Of a stretch of DNA of 64,000 nt, positions 45,803-59,000 are shown one piece after another. Where the stretch lies: NCBI RefSeq assembly GCF_009914755.1, contig NC_060930.1; one strand, 5' to 3'. Positions within the stretch are counted from its first letter, which is position 1, and every line of letters starts with the position of its first letter. Source of the stretch: the human T2T-CHM13v2.0 reference genome, Homo sapiens. Below the pieces are notes generated by a model. The model was given only the letters and a program-made list of their open reading frames with translations. It ran no database searches and was not told the DNA's origin. The position numbers were made by a program, and so were the translations under genes.

Positions 45803-46108
45803 AAAATACTTTGTAAAGGACAGAAAAAATGATGCTGTCAGCATCCGTGGGGCTGCTTGGGCAGTATGAACATTTATAAATCATCCTTCTCTGCCCCTTC
45901 TACCAGGACTCATGGGCACTGTCCAAACCCTCCCTACCCAGTTGTACGGATTTTCCAAACGCACAGTGGCTCAGGATAGCAGCCCTGAATCTCACAGGCC
46001 ATGATAGAAATAACTCAAATTCCTTCCGAGGGAATGTTCAGTGCCTCTCAAATTGTGTTATATACATCTCCATGGTTGGTCCTGGTAACCTAAGATGGAA
46101 GTGGCAAG

Positions 46109-46269
46109 GGCAGCACTGGCTTTAGGAACATGCAGCCCGTGCGGTCTCACAGGACCCCATGCTTGCTGAAGGTGCTCTTGTCACCATCTTGAAAGTCTTA
46201 ATGATTTTTAATCAAGAGGCCTCACATTTTCATTTGCACTGAGCTCAGTAAATTATGTAACTAGTTCTG
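46109..46269. mobile_element. MER91 (hAT-Tip100)
   Basis: GTCACCATCTTGAAA...CATTTTCATTTGCACTG...AAATTATGTA. Confidence 0.75.
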
Positions 46270-47074
46270 GGTAAGAGGCAAGGGATTGGGAAGGGGGAAG
46301 AATTTGGTGATCTTCCCAAAGCTAGTGGGACTATTACTGCTGTGTTATAACAGCTCATTGGCCAGGTTGAGGGGCAGGTGAGGGGTTGAAGGGAGGTGGA
46401 GATAAGCGGATGAGGGGTACCAGCTTCCAAAGAAAGCCCAAGACCATATCTTCCTACGCTGAGGGCTGAACACTTGGCTGATAAGGCCTCCCCAAAACAG
46501 CCAGACTAGCTGAAAGCAAACTTGATAAGTCGAGGCGATACAGGCTCAGACTGTCAAGCAGAGGGAACTCAAACTGAAACTTGTTTGATCTTGTGATTGC
46601 TTATAGGTTGAGACCAAGAAGAAAAAAGAAAAAAAAAAAACCCACATTTACTAAAGTAACCGGCACTGAGAAAACTTTTTAAATATTTACTTTTTTAAAC
46701 TGTCACCTTTATTTTCAGCATATCAAGAAAGTCATGGTTTCATCAAAAAGCTGATATTCAATCCAAAGAGGGCAGAATTTCAAATGCAGAGGTCTACATG
46801 GATTTCAGTACTAGAAGGGACCTTGGGAACAACCTAGATCACTGGCCCTTGTCTGTCAGAGGCAAAGACCCCCGAAGCCCATCTGCATGGATCCCTAGGA
46901 GAGTCGATGCCTAGTCCAATTCTTATTTTATACATGAGGAAGCTGAGGCTGAGAGAGGGGAAGTAACTGTCCAAGGCTACCCACAAAAAAGGGGCAGGAC
47001 CTAAACCTGGGAGCTTTCAGCTTCCCCTCCCAACCTCCCAATTTTATGAACACAATCAAAATTTATATATTGTA

Positions 47075-47368
47075 GGCTGGGCCGGTGGCTCATACCTCTA
47101 ATCCCAGCACTTTGGGAGGCCAAGGCAGGCAGATTGCTTGAGTCCAGGAGTTCAAGACTAGCCTGGACAACATAGTAAGACACTGTCTCTACTAAAAATT
47201 TAAAAAAAAATAGGCAGGCATGGTGGCATGCACCTGTAGTCCCAAGCTACGCAGGAGGCTGAGGTGGGAGGATCAATTGAGCCCAGCAGGTAGAGTCTGC
47301 AGTAAGCCGTGATGGCACCACTGCACTCCAGCCTGGGTGACAGAGTGAGGGCTTGTCTCAAAAAAAAA
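47075..47368 (+). mobile_element. AluJ
   Basis: Full dimer with J diagnostics. Confidence 0.93.
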
Positions 47369-47772
47369 TTTTTTTAATATATTTTGTGTGTACCACCCCC
47401 CACAGTCTTTCCCTGGGTCCTCAGCTCATCTTCTAGTACCTGTCTTTTCCTTGCCAGAAAAGGGAGTCTAGGCATGGTAGGTACAAGGGCCACGCAGGAT
47501 GAATGGAGCTCAGGAAATGTTGCCAGCCTACCATGCCAAAGAGATGGATCCACATGGCCAATGGAAAGCAATGGAGTCTCCACCACCCCAGCCCACTGTG
47601 TCCTTTTCCTATAGAGGAGACTAACCAAATCAAACCATCCTTAAAACCAAGGGCCTGGAGGCCTTTCATTTCCATTTGTGTTTATCTTTCCTTCCTCCCC
47701 TCCCTCCCACCTTTGCTCCCTTCCTTCTTTCAACAGATAGATACTGGGCACTTACTATATGTCAGGCATGTA

Positions 47773-48557
<785 letters not shown>

Positions 48558-49223
48558 TGAGCCAGGGAACAACTGACCTGACCAAGCCTTAACAGGACTT
48601 CCCCGACCACTGCTATTACCAGGCAGCCTGTGTGGGGCATGCCAATGAGAGGACTAGACTCAGGAGCCAGGCTGAAGCCCAGCATAGCCTCTAAGCAGTG
48701 TGTGATGCTGATAAAAACCCTTCCCTTCTCTGGACCTCCATATTCTCCTCTGTGACATGAGGTCAGGCTAGATGATACTTTATGTCTTTTCTTCAAAAGT
48801 CTTATGATTGCCCAAAGAGTCTAAATGTCTCACTCTCTGACTTGAGAGAAAGTAGGGAACAGCAGCCAAGTTCAAGAAGCCCCCAGCAATTCCCCACCGC
48901 CTGCCCCACCTTATAGCAATTTCTCACTCCCCAAAGGGCATGGCTCTCTAGGGAAAAAGGTCCAACCCAGGAAACAGCCACGTCAGCAATGTCCTCTAAA
49001 GATTACAAAGGGCAACCACTAAAGATAGCACAGCCTTTGCACGGGCTCCAGGGTGGGGTTGGGCCCACAGAGGGGCCACATCAGCAGGCACCACTACATC
49101 TCTTCTGCCCAGGCTGCCACACTCTCCCTCCTGCCTCCTCCACTTCTGTCCTGGGAGAAAGAAAGTTAGGGGTTTAAGAATGGAAACATCCATTTCCATG
49201 AGGATTCTCTTTGTATCACACAT

Positions 49224-49500
49224 CATCAAACTGAGTCAGAAAGCAAGACTCAAATATCTTCCATCAGGCTGGATAAGCAGGGTTTGTCTCTCCCCCATCA
49301 GACTGGGAGGTCCTGGAGAACATGAACTGTTGCACCATCAGACTGAATTCATCCTGCACCTCCTTCTATGCCTTTCCCCTCAGACAGGGGCTTCCTGAGG
49401 ACAGAGGCTGTGTCTCCCTAACAGATTGGGAGTCCCTGATGGCAGGGGCTGTGCTGCCCCCATTGGACTACAAGCTCCCCGGAGACAGGGTTTATCTGCC
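49224..49500 (+). repeat. Degenerate ~40-bp tandem array (about 7 units)
   Basis: CATCAGACTG-like unit starts at 49224, 49262, 49296, 49336, 49378, 49419, 49461. Confidence 0.7.
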
Positions 49501-49548
49501 TCTTTCCCTCTGTCACCTCAATGCATCCCATAAGGCGTCTCAGTATTT

Positions 49549-49605
49549 GGTGGTTCCTTAAAACAAGGCGCTGGTTGAACCAGCGCCTTGTTTTAAGGAA
49601 CCACC
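49549..49605. repeat. Perfect inverted repeat, 28-bp arms, 1-nt spacer
   Basis: GGTGGTTCCTTAAAACAAGGCGCTGGTT-G-AACCAGCGCCTTGTTTTAAGGAACCACC. Confidence 0.98.
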
Positions 49606-50179
49606 CAGGGATTGGACCACCCACCCAGGCATAATAGCCTGTGATCCCTAGCCATTAACCTATCTGAATATGAAGCTCCATGCTGAATGAAAAGAAATTA
49701 AAAATCAGCTTCACCTAACGACTTCCTAGTAAGGCTGTTTATAGGGTAGGACCAAAGGCTGTCCTCATTTTATAAATAGCCCTTTCTGGTGACTGTGGTG
49801 AGGCTGAGCTGAAATGCACCTTGAGGACCAAGAGCAGGGAGCCCACCAGCCCAGCCGTGATTGAAGCTGGGTTCTACAACCATCTTCTCAGCTTTCAGGA
49901 TAAGAAGCCCATCTCAGAGAGGCAGGGCCACTCCTCCCTCAACGGAGGAGGGAAGGGTGGATGAGAAGGCAGGGGAAGTGGCTCAGCACAAGCTTCAGCA
50001 CCTCCTGGGAGAAGCAGAGCCCACCCCAGACTTGGGGAGAAGTATTCAAGCACAGGAGGGCTCAGGGAGGCCATCAGAGGCTCCCCTGGAATCTAGTGTG
50101 CTGGCTGTTCTTGGCAAAGGGTTTCCACAGGACTGAAGAGGAGGGGCAAGAAGGCTGGAACTGCCAATGGCTGAAACCA

Positions 50180-50365
50180 ATAATAATAATAATCACAATT
50201 ATAATAGCTAACACTTAATGGCACTATTGTAAGCACTTTCCCATACTCAGTTAATCCTCATTACAGTGCTAATAGTATTCCCATTTTACAGACAAGGCAA
50301 CTGAGGCCTGCCCAAAATAATGAACAGGTGAGGAGTGAGGAGTGAAGATTTCAACCCTTCAGTGT
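50180..50365 (-). mobile_element. MIR
   Basis: CCCATTTTACAGACAAGGCAACTGAGGC. Confidence 0.8.
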
Positions 50366-50984
50366 GGTTCCCAAGTGTGGTACCCAAATCCTTGGGTGTT
50401 TCTACGGTTCCTCGGAGTCTCCAGGGTTGGACATGGAAGGCCACCCAGGGATGGGCATCCTGACGGCACAGGAGACTCATAGCACAACAGGGTCTCACCA
50501 TGTGGGGAGCACGGACACACTGAAAATGCCACCTGATGCATCAATGACCCTTTCAGACCCTTCCAGCCTCAGGTTAAAACATTTTATCTCCCGTGTCTAG
50601 AGTATCCTTAAGAGAAAGAGTGATTCTCTTAGCAAAATCCTTCTCAAAGACGTGATTAAAAAAAAAAAAAAGCTGCCAAGCAGAAGGCAGTAGGGTGGAA
50701 CCAGTGGTCACTGACAGGTCTCACCTCTCACAATCTGAAAAGTTAGGACACAGGGTACTGACTTATTTTAAAAACAGTGTGCTGGTTGCACTTTCAACTA
50801 AAATTCTCCATGTTTTTCCTAGGCCTCCACACCTTTTCAGGTGAAGTTTTTCTGAATGCAAATCAGTGAGTCCCACTGTGCCATAAAAGAGTGTCCAAAA
50901 TGTCTGAAAACAGAAGGAAACAGTGGATTCGTGCAGCTTTTTTTTTCATATTAACAACCAGACCCCATTTTGCTTTACATCAGG

Positions 50985-51216
50985 GCTTTCATGTCTTGAA
51001 CGTGGGATTTGGGGCTAAAATAGGAAGCTTTCCTCTGCACTGAAGGATGTTTAGTAGCATCCCTGGCCTCCACCCACTACATGCCAGTAGGATTCTCCTT
51101 CCTCTCCATCTCCCAGGACACAACAACTGAAATGTCTCCAGACATTGCCAAGTGCCTCTTGGGGCTTGGGGGGTGGGGTGGGTGTGGGGCAAAATCACTC
51201 CCAGTTGAGAACCACT
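50985..51216 (-). mobile_element. MER20 (hAT-Charlie)
   Basis: AATGTCTCCAGACATTGCCAA...GGGGCAAAATCAC...GTTGAGAACCACTG. Confidence 0.88.
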
Positions 51217-51277
51217 GCTTTGTGTTTAGATAAACATCTGAAAAGTTGTCTGGAGGTTGGGGCAAAAAACATATTGA

Positions 51278-51488
51278 TAGCAAGACCCTGGCTCTCCAAA
51301 AAATAAAACAATTAGCTGAGTGTGGTGGTGCACAGCTGTAGTCCCAGCTACTAGGGAGACTGAGGTAGGAGGATTGCTTTAGCTCAGGAGGTCAAGGCTA
51401 CAGTGAGCTGAGATTCTGTCACTGCACTCCACTGCACTCCAGCCTGGGTGACCGAGTGAGACCTTGTCTTGAAAAACAAAAACAAAAA
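51278..51488 (+). mobile_element. 5'-truncated AluJ
   Basis: Starts late in the left arm; TSD AAAAACATATTGA; internal 10-bp duplication CACTGCACTC. Confidence 0.9.
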
Positions 51489-51999
51489 CATATTGAGCAT
51501 AGTTTTGAAAATGTAACTCACATACTGTTTACATCCAAATGTATCCTATTTCTCCTGACTTCTGGGACACTGTGTATTTGAAAATCTCCAGTGTCACTAT
51601 CATGCCTCTTTCCTATGAAGCTGCCTAAATGCAAACACTCCGTGCTCTGGATACCCCCTAACACCCCCTTCCTCCTCCCAACCCTGGCTTTCCTAGTCTC
51701 ATTTGTGTCCATCTCCCCACCAACCCTTCCTCACGTGTTCAACCCACCAGGAGGCACTTGCTCTCCATATGAGTCAGACTGTTCCCCGCTCCGACGAGCA
51801 TTGTAGGGGTGAGGACCAGAAACCACCAAGCTTGGAGCCCCCAGCAGCCTCCAATGCAGCAATGGCCACACCCAAGAAAATGGACTCGTTTTCATCACCA
51901 GAGAGTTGATCCATCCCACTCACCAAAGCCTCATTTGAATGCACAGGCTGCCCCAGTCCCCAGAGTGGGCTACACAAAATACAGAAATGGGTCAAAGAG

Positions 52000-52860
52000 A
52001 TACCAAATCTAAAAGACTTGGAAAGACCAACAACTCAACAGAAACATGGACAGACTATGAATCAAAAGAAAATACAAATGAATCCTAAACTTGTGAAAAG
52101 ATGTTCAACCATACTCATAAAAGAAATACAAATTAAAACTGAGATACCAATTTTCATCCATCAGATTGGCAAAGATAAAAAAGTCTGATAACTTACTGGT
52201 AACTCATCAATGAATGAGACATCCTCACCACTGTGTTGGTGAGGATGTCTCATTCATTGATGGTTTCGGTGTAAATTGCTACAACCTCCTTGAAAGGATA
52301 CTTAGTATGTCTATCAGTATCACAAATGTAGAGATGCTTTTACCAGTAATTCCACTTCTAGGAATTTATCCTACAGACATACTCCTATATATGCAAAAAC
52401 ATACACAAGGATACTCACTGCAGTATGATTTATGACAAAGGATTGGAAGTAACTACAATATCCACCATTTGGAGGGTTGCTTTAATAACTTATGATTCTT
52501 CTGTAAAATGGAATGTTATGCAGCTATAAAAAAGAATAAAGGAAAAAATGTTTTATAAGAATGAGGGCATCCTCTATGTCATAATATGGAATAATTTTCA
52601 ATGTATATTGCTAGGTAAGACAAGCAAGCCACAGAATAACATGAATAGTATGCCAACAGTTGTTGAAAAATAGTACATATTCATATACACATTTATATGC
52701 ATAGATTATCTTTGAAAAGATACCCCAAAAGCTAATAAAAGTGGTTACCTATTGAGAGGAAAAATGGGTAGCTGGGGGCAGAAAGAATTATTTAACCCAC
52801 TTTAGACTCTTCATAACTTGCAAATTTTATATCATGTACACACCTCAACTATTAAATCAA
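52000..52860 (+). mobile_element. Old L1M 3' fragment
   Basis: CATCAGATTGGCAAAGAT; TAATTCCACTTCTAGGAATTTATCCTACAGA. Confidence 0.85.
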
Positions 52861-52984
52861 TCAATAGGAAGCAAGCAAAAAGAAAAAGTTTCTAAGTAAC
52901 TGATCTAGTTCTACCACCACCATGTGTGCATGCATGCAACACGCATTATAGTCAGCTACAATTTTAAATCCTCTATTCCTATAA

Positions 52985-53516
<532 letters not shown>

Positions 53517-54314
53517 TGATCCTGGTTTTCTGATTCAAAAGTAGGATGATCAACATAACAAGAATACACAAGGAGCTCACCAGCTTCTCTTCTTAACAGG
53601 GTTTTGAAAATGTTCTTCCTCAAAATTACCTTCCCATCATCTGAAAAATGTACAGTCACTGACACTGGGGCCACCACCACCCTGAAGTTACGTGGACAGG
53701 CAGGCAGAACCCTTTAGAAGGTGCACTATAATAACCACTGCCAGGAACGCAGGTGCACTCACACTTTCGATAATGCCTCCAAGTACTATCAGCTGAGACT
53801 GTGCAGCACAAAGTGACCTGGACCCCGAAACCTATCGGGAGTGGCAGGCACCTCTAGAAGCCACCTGAGAATCCTCCCTGCAGCTCTGCCTGTGGCAGTG
53901 TTTTAATGGCATATTACTCAAAGGCACCACTGACATCACTTTTAAACCTACCCCACCACCACTGCCACTTCATCATAAAATAACCCTTATATTTTAAGCT
54001 GTAAATCAGCATTTGTCAAGTTCTAAATTGGGCTACAGCAATATTTATTCATCAAAGAATAAATCTTCTCTGCACAGTCATAAAACTGCCTAATAATTTA
54101 ATATGCTATCATTCTTACCTGAAACTTGTCAGAAAGTGGCCTGAAAGAGGTATGTGTTTTACAGTTGACTGGCGGTAAGCCTATAGTTTATTAAATAGTT
54201 CACAGTTTTAATTCTCTATATGGGGGGAAATGGCACACAGAACATATCCTATGCAGAATAACAATTCAGAGATTCATTAATCTCTGTTTTGGGATAGAAA
54301 AAAAGCAGATTCTC

Positions 54315-54720
<406 letters not shown>

Positions 54721-55087
54721 CTAAAGAGGACCAAAGACTCCCCCAATGGGTAGAATAGATAGAAAAGCAAGAAAAACCCAAATTGTAGCACTTGGCATGG
54801 AGCGTGGACAAAAGGCACTGGATTAGAGAATTAATGTTAGGGGACAGGTCTGTGCAGCAACAAGACATGATGGAGAAATGTTAGAAGGAAAAGGTGGAAA
54901 CACCTCTAAGCTGCAAAATTATCACAGATGGATCAAGAAGCCAACTCCTGGGACCCTTCCGGATCTTTGGTTGGGAAGCTCTCTGGAGCTGGGGGGTTGC
55001 ATTTCAGCAGAAGGATGTTCTTCTCACAGCCCAGTGCTGAGACACTGCTCTCTCTGAGGATGAGATGCGCAGCAACTAAGCTCTTAG

Positions 55088-55309
55088 GTCAAGATTTCAC
55101 AACTATTGACATTCAGGCTGATCATTCTTTGTTGGAGATGGGGTTCCTGTACATGTAGGATGTTTAGCAGTATCCCTGGCCTTCACCTATCACTTGCCAG
55201 CACCCCCTACCATCATCACCACCATCACCAATTATGACACCCAAAAATATCTGCAGACATTGCCAAATGTCCCCTGAAGGCAAAAACCACCCCGACTTGA
55301 GAACTACTG
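55088..55309 (-). mobile_element. MER20
   Basis: GGATGTTTAGCAG; CAGACATTGCCAAATGTCCCCTG...TTGAGAACTACTG. Confidence 0.88.
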
Positions 55310-56018
55310 TCCTAGATGAATTAAGTCTAAATTTTTATTTATTTTGGGGGATTTAAAAAAATTTTTTTGCTGTTGTTTTATACACAGGATCTAAGAATTA
55401 AGTCTAATTTAACAAAGGTGGGCCACTGGGGGTAAACCCACTCTGCCCCAAGAAATGTTATCTATTTCCTTTTCACTGCCTTTTCTCAGAAGTTTCAAAA
55501 TACAAATCTAAGGAAATGCAGAAACTAGAACATCAATATTTAGCTCACACGCTGCAAACTTCTTACTAGCGAAGTCCAAGCCTGCCTAAGGGCCGAGAAG
55601 CTCCAGCCAGACTTAGCTTTCTTTCCTTCTTTCCCTATTCTGTAGCCCCTCCAACATATCCCCTACCTACCAGCCTTTACCTTTTACTATTAAGTTACCC
55701 CCCATTTCCTTTACGTTCTTCCACAACCTTGTGGTTTACTCTGGCACAAGAACATCTTTCAGGCTGGCATGCACTGGTGGTTAATGACAAGGTGGTTTTC
55801 TAAGCCACAAACTCTATTAATTTTATGTTCAAATGCACTCGCTCTGTTCATGGGTGAGTGTGGGAGGCAACGCCTCCCCAGTGCTGAACACTGAATTCAT
55901 TATAGTACTTCAATAATCAAACAAAGATAGTGAATCACTTTTTAATTGGGGGAAAAAAGCCAATTTCATATGTTCACATTCGGGGCCACATTTCCCACAA
56001 GAATTTTTACATCAGTAA

Positions 56019-56345
<327 letters not shown>

Positions 56346-58499
56346 TGAAAGATTCTAGCCAGCGAGCTGCCTGGCTATCAGGGTATCAAAACCAATTGGG
56401 AGATAAGAGAACCTGGGCTGAACTCAAATAAATGTTGTTAAAAGATGCAGTTTTGATTTCTTTCTTTTTTTTTTTTTTTTAGGCAACTTTATTCAGGCAG
56501 TACTGGAACAGGATGGGAAATACTAACATGAAGTTGGGTTCGAATTATTTTTCACCTGTTTTTAATCATCTATTACACAGGTAGATGGTGCCCAACCTTC
56601 AAAACCAGAAGACTAGGAAAAATACGAGCTCAGCACACTTACACAGTCTCAACTCAGTGCTGGCTGGCCTGGCATCAAGTCCGCACAGTTGCCGCCAACC
56701 ACAGTCAAGTTGGTACAGCTGCCATAGAAAGCTGAAAATCAGACTGCCACGAGATCTGCCTGAAAGTTCTCTGTACATTCCCCCAAGTTTCATCCACCTG
56801 AAAAATGCCAGTTACCACCACCTAGAACACCTTTAAACAGCTTGGTGGCACTGCCAGAGTAAGAGACACCTAAGGCTTGGGTTTTTCAGAAGGTGAGGAT
56901 TCCGTTAGTAAGTTGATTAGAACTCCCAGAATTAGCCCAGCAGTGTCAAACAGCCATGAGAGGCAATCGGCTTGGTTTTTAAAAATGGTTTCAGTCTCAT
57001 GCTCTATGTGTTCCATTCATTGTGTACAACTTCACTGAATTAGCAGACAGTCCAGCTTATGGCTTCCATGCCTCCACCAAACAAGATTAGAGAAAAAAAC
57101 AAAACAAAACAAAACAGAAATGAAACCACAGGAAGGCAGGCAGGTATCCAAGTCATGGGCCCCAGTGTGGATCAGTTTGGATGCACTGTGTGCCTACAGG
57201 GTCTTGCAGGTGAAAACAGCCTCTGTTACTGAATCCTTCCACCAAGACTGGAACCTAGACACTCAGAGCAGGCCTTAAACACAATCTGAGAATGACAAAG
57301 ACAAAATACCATGGACATAAGATAGAATTGGAGAGAGGGGGTACTTAAAAAGAAAAAATCAAGACAACCATTAGCTTTTCTTTAAAATAGCCCACTCCCT
57401 GGTGCACTTCCAGTAGAATACAGTTGACACTGAAATCTGTAAGGCTGTGGCACAGGCAAGAAGCGAGGTACCTCTGTGTGTCAGTGGCCAGTCTGCCTAT
57501 CTATCAGCAAAGCTGGAGGATTCCGGGTCAGGATGTGCCCTGGACAAGGGAAAGCTGGCCCTAGAGAGACATTCTATTGCCAGGCTACAGACCACACTCC
57601 AAGCCCAGCTCTCTCAGAAACTGATGCCAGTGAAGGCAACGTGAGAGACGCAGGCTGTGACAAGAGTGAACTAAGAGGCAGGACACTGCTCCATCACTTT
57701 GGGTCACTGCTGGAGGTCCCCATTGTCCATCTCTCCATTGGCATCCCTTAGTGTTAAATAAGACTGGACCAGTGACCCAGCACGGAGCCTCTGAACCCCA
57801 AAGAATGTGCCCAGTAAGCATGGGCTCACCATTCCTGTTTTCATTCTTTTATTATTAATATTATCCAGCCGTCATTGATTAAGCACCTATAATGCCTTCC
57901 CTCCCAACTTCAAACACTTGATAGGAAGGTAAAGTGAGGCAATTCAGGTGAAGCCCACACAAACACATAGCTCTTATCATTAGCACAGCTATTATTGTGA
58001 GCTCAAACCCACTCAAAGCCCCTACAGAACTAACTCAACCTGAGTTAAGTGAGCTAAAATATCCCAAGAGGGAGTGCCTATCAGAAGCTTCATTTCTCAG
58101 GACCACGTTTGCTCTTCAAATGAGAAGCTAGTTGTCTAAAGGAACAATCTCTCTCTCCATCTGGCCAGCCAGTGACTTGTCCCTTGTATGTGTGAAATGT
58201 GCCTTCCCCAACAGGAGGCATTTTAAGCTTGACGGGGTTTTGTTAAAGTTAATATACGTGGGCCCTTTACAATCCTGGAAACTAATTATTGAATCGCCTC
58301 TCTCCTTCTTCAAGTCATCAGGTGGAAATGAAAAACGGAGGTAGAAGCAGAGAAAGAAAAAGTGTCGGGGGAGAATTCTACTTTCCCCACGTCTTCGAGT
58401 ACAAGAGCTAATCTAGTCCTACAAACGAAGATATACAAGAGGCACAATTTAAATAACTTTCCCAGCCTTTAATTAAGCAAAGTAGAGTGAAAGGATCAA

Positions 58500-59000
58500 C
58501 AGCCTCTGACATGAATTTGCATACCTTTTGCCAAGTTCTGTGTGTGTGGAGGGGGAGTCACATCTTCCCCAAACTTGTTTCACACTCACTACTCATTCTC
58601 TCCACAGGCCTCATAAGAGGCACAACCATTTAAAACAAACAAGAGCTTCTAACCCAACCATTTGAGAGAGCTATGTGATTTTAAAAAGAAAAAAAAAGGT
58701 CAACAGCGTTCTGAGTACATATCGCAAGCTTTGTTCTACTCGCTTCCCCACTTCCTGTTGCTTCCTCACCTCGTAACTTTTTATTTTTGAAGCCTATGCG
58801 TTCGCACTGGTATCACTGTAAGGTTTCAGTGGGAGGCCGTCGGAGAGACCAGGATGAGGAGGCTCTGTACTGTTCTGAGACAGACAGGACCGTACGAAAG
58901 ACAGAAATCACAACCGCCCGGCCCTCAGGAAAGTACAGCCAAAATTTCACCGCTCCCGTCAACAGTGGGGGTGCTAGGAAAACAGTTGTGGGCGAGCTTT
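58500..59000 (-). promoter_or_regulatory. Candidate internal promoter/enhancer with ETS cluster
   Basis: 15 CpG in 58701-59000 by hand count; ACAGGAAGTG at 58749-58758 flanked by two more GGAA cores; octamer ATTTGCAT 58515-58522; donor AAG|GTATGC at 58525. Confidence 0.55.

Noticed and set aside
49224-49605. CRISPR-like reading of the 40-bp periodic array plus hairpin
   Set aside because: Primate DNA; units are degenerate along their whole length, with no constant-repeat/unique-spacer structure and no cas genes.
56655-56853. CAGTGC...GCACTG-bounded segment resembling an old hAT element
   Set aside because: Terminal repeat is only 6 bp and I cannot assign a family by eye.
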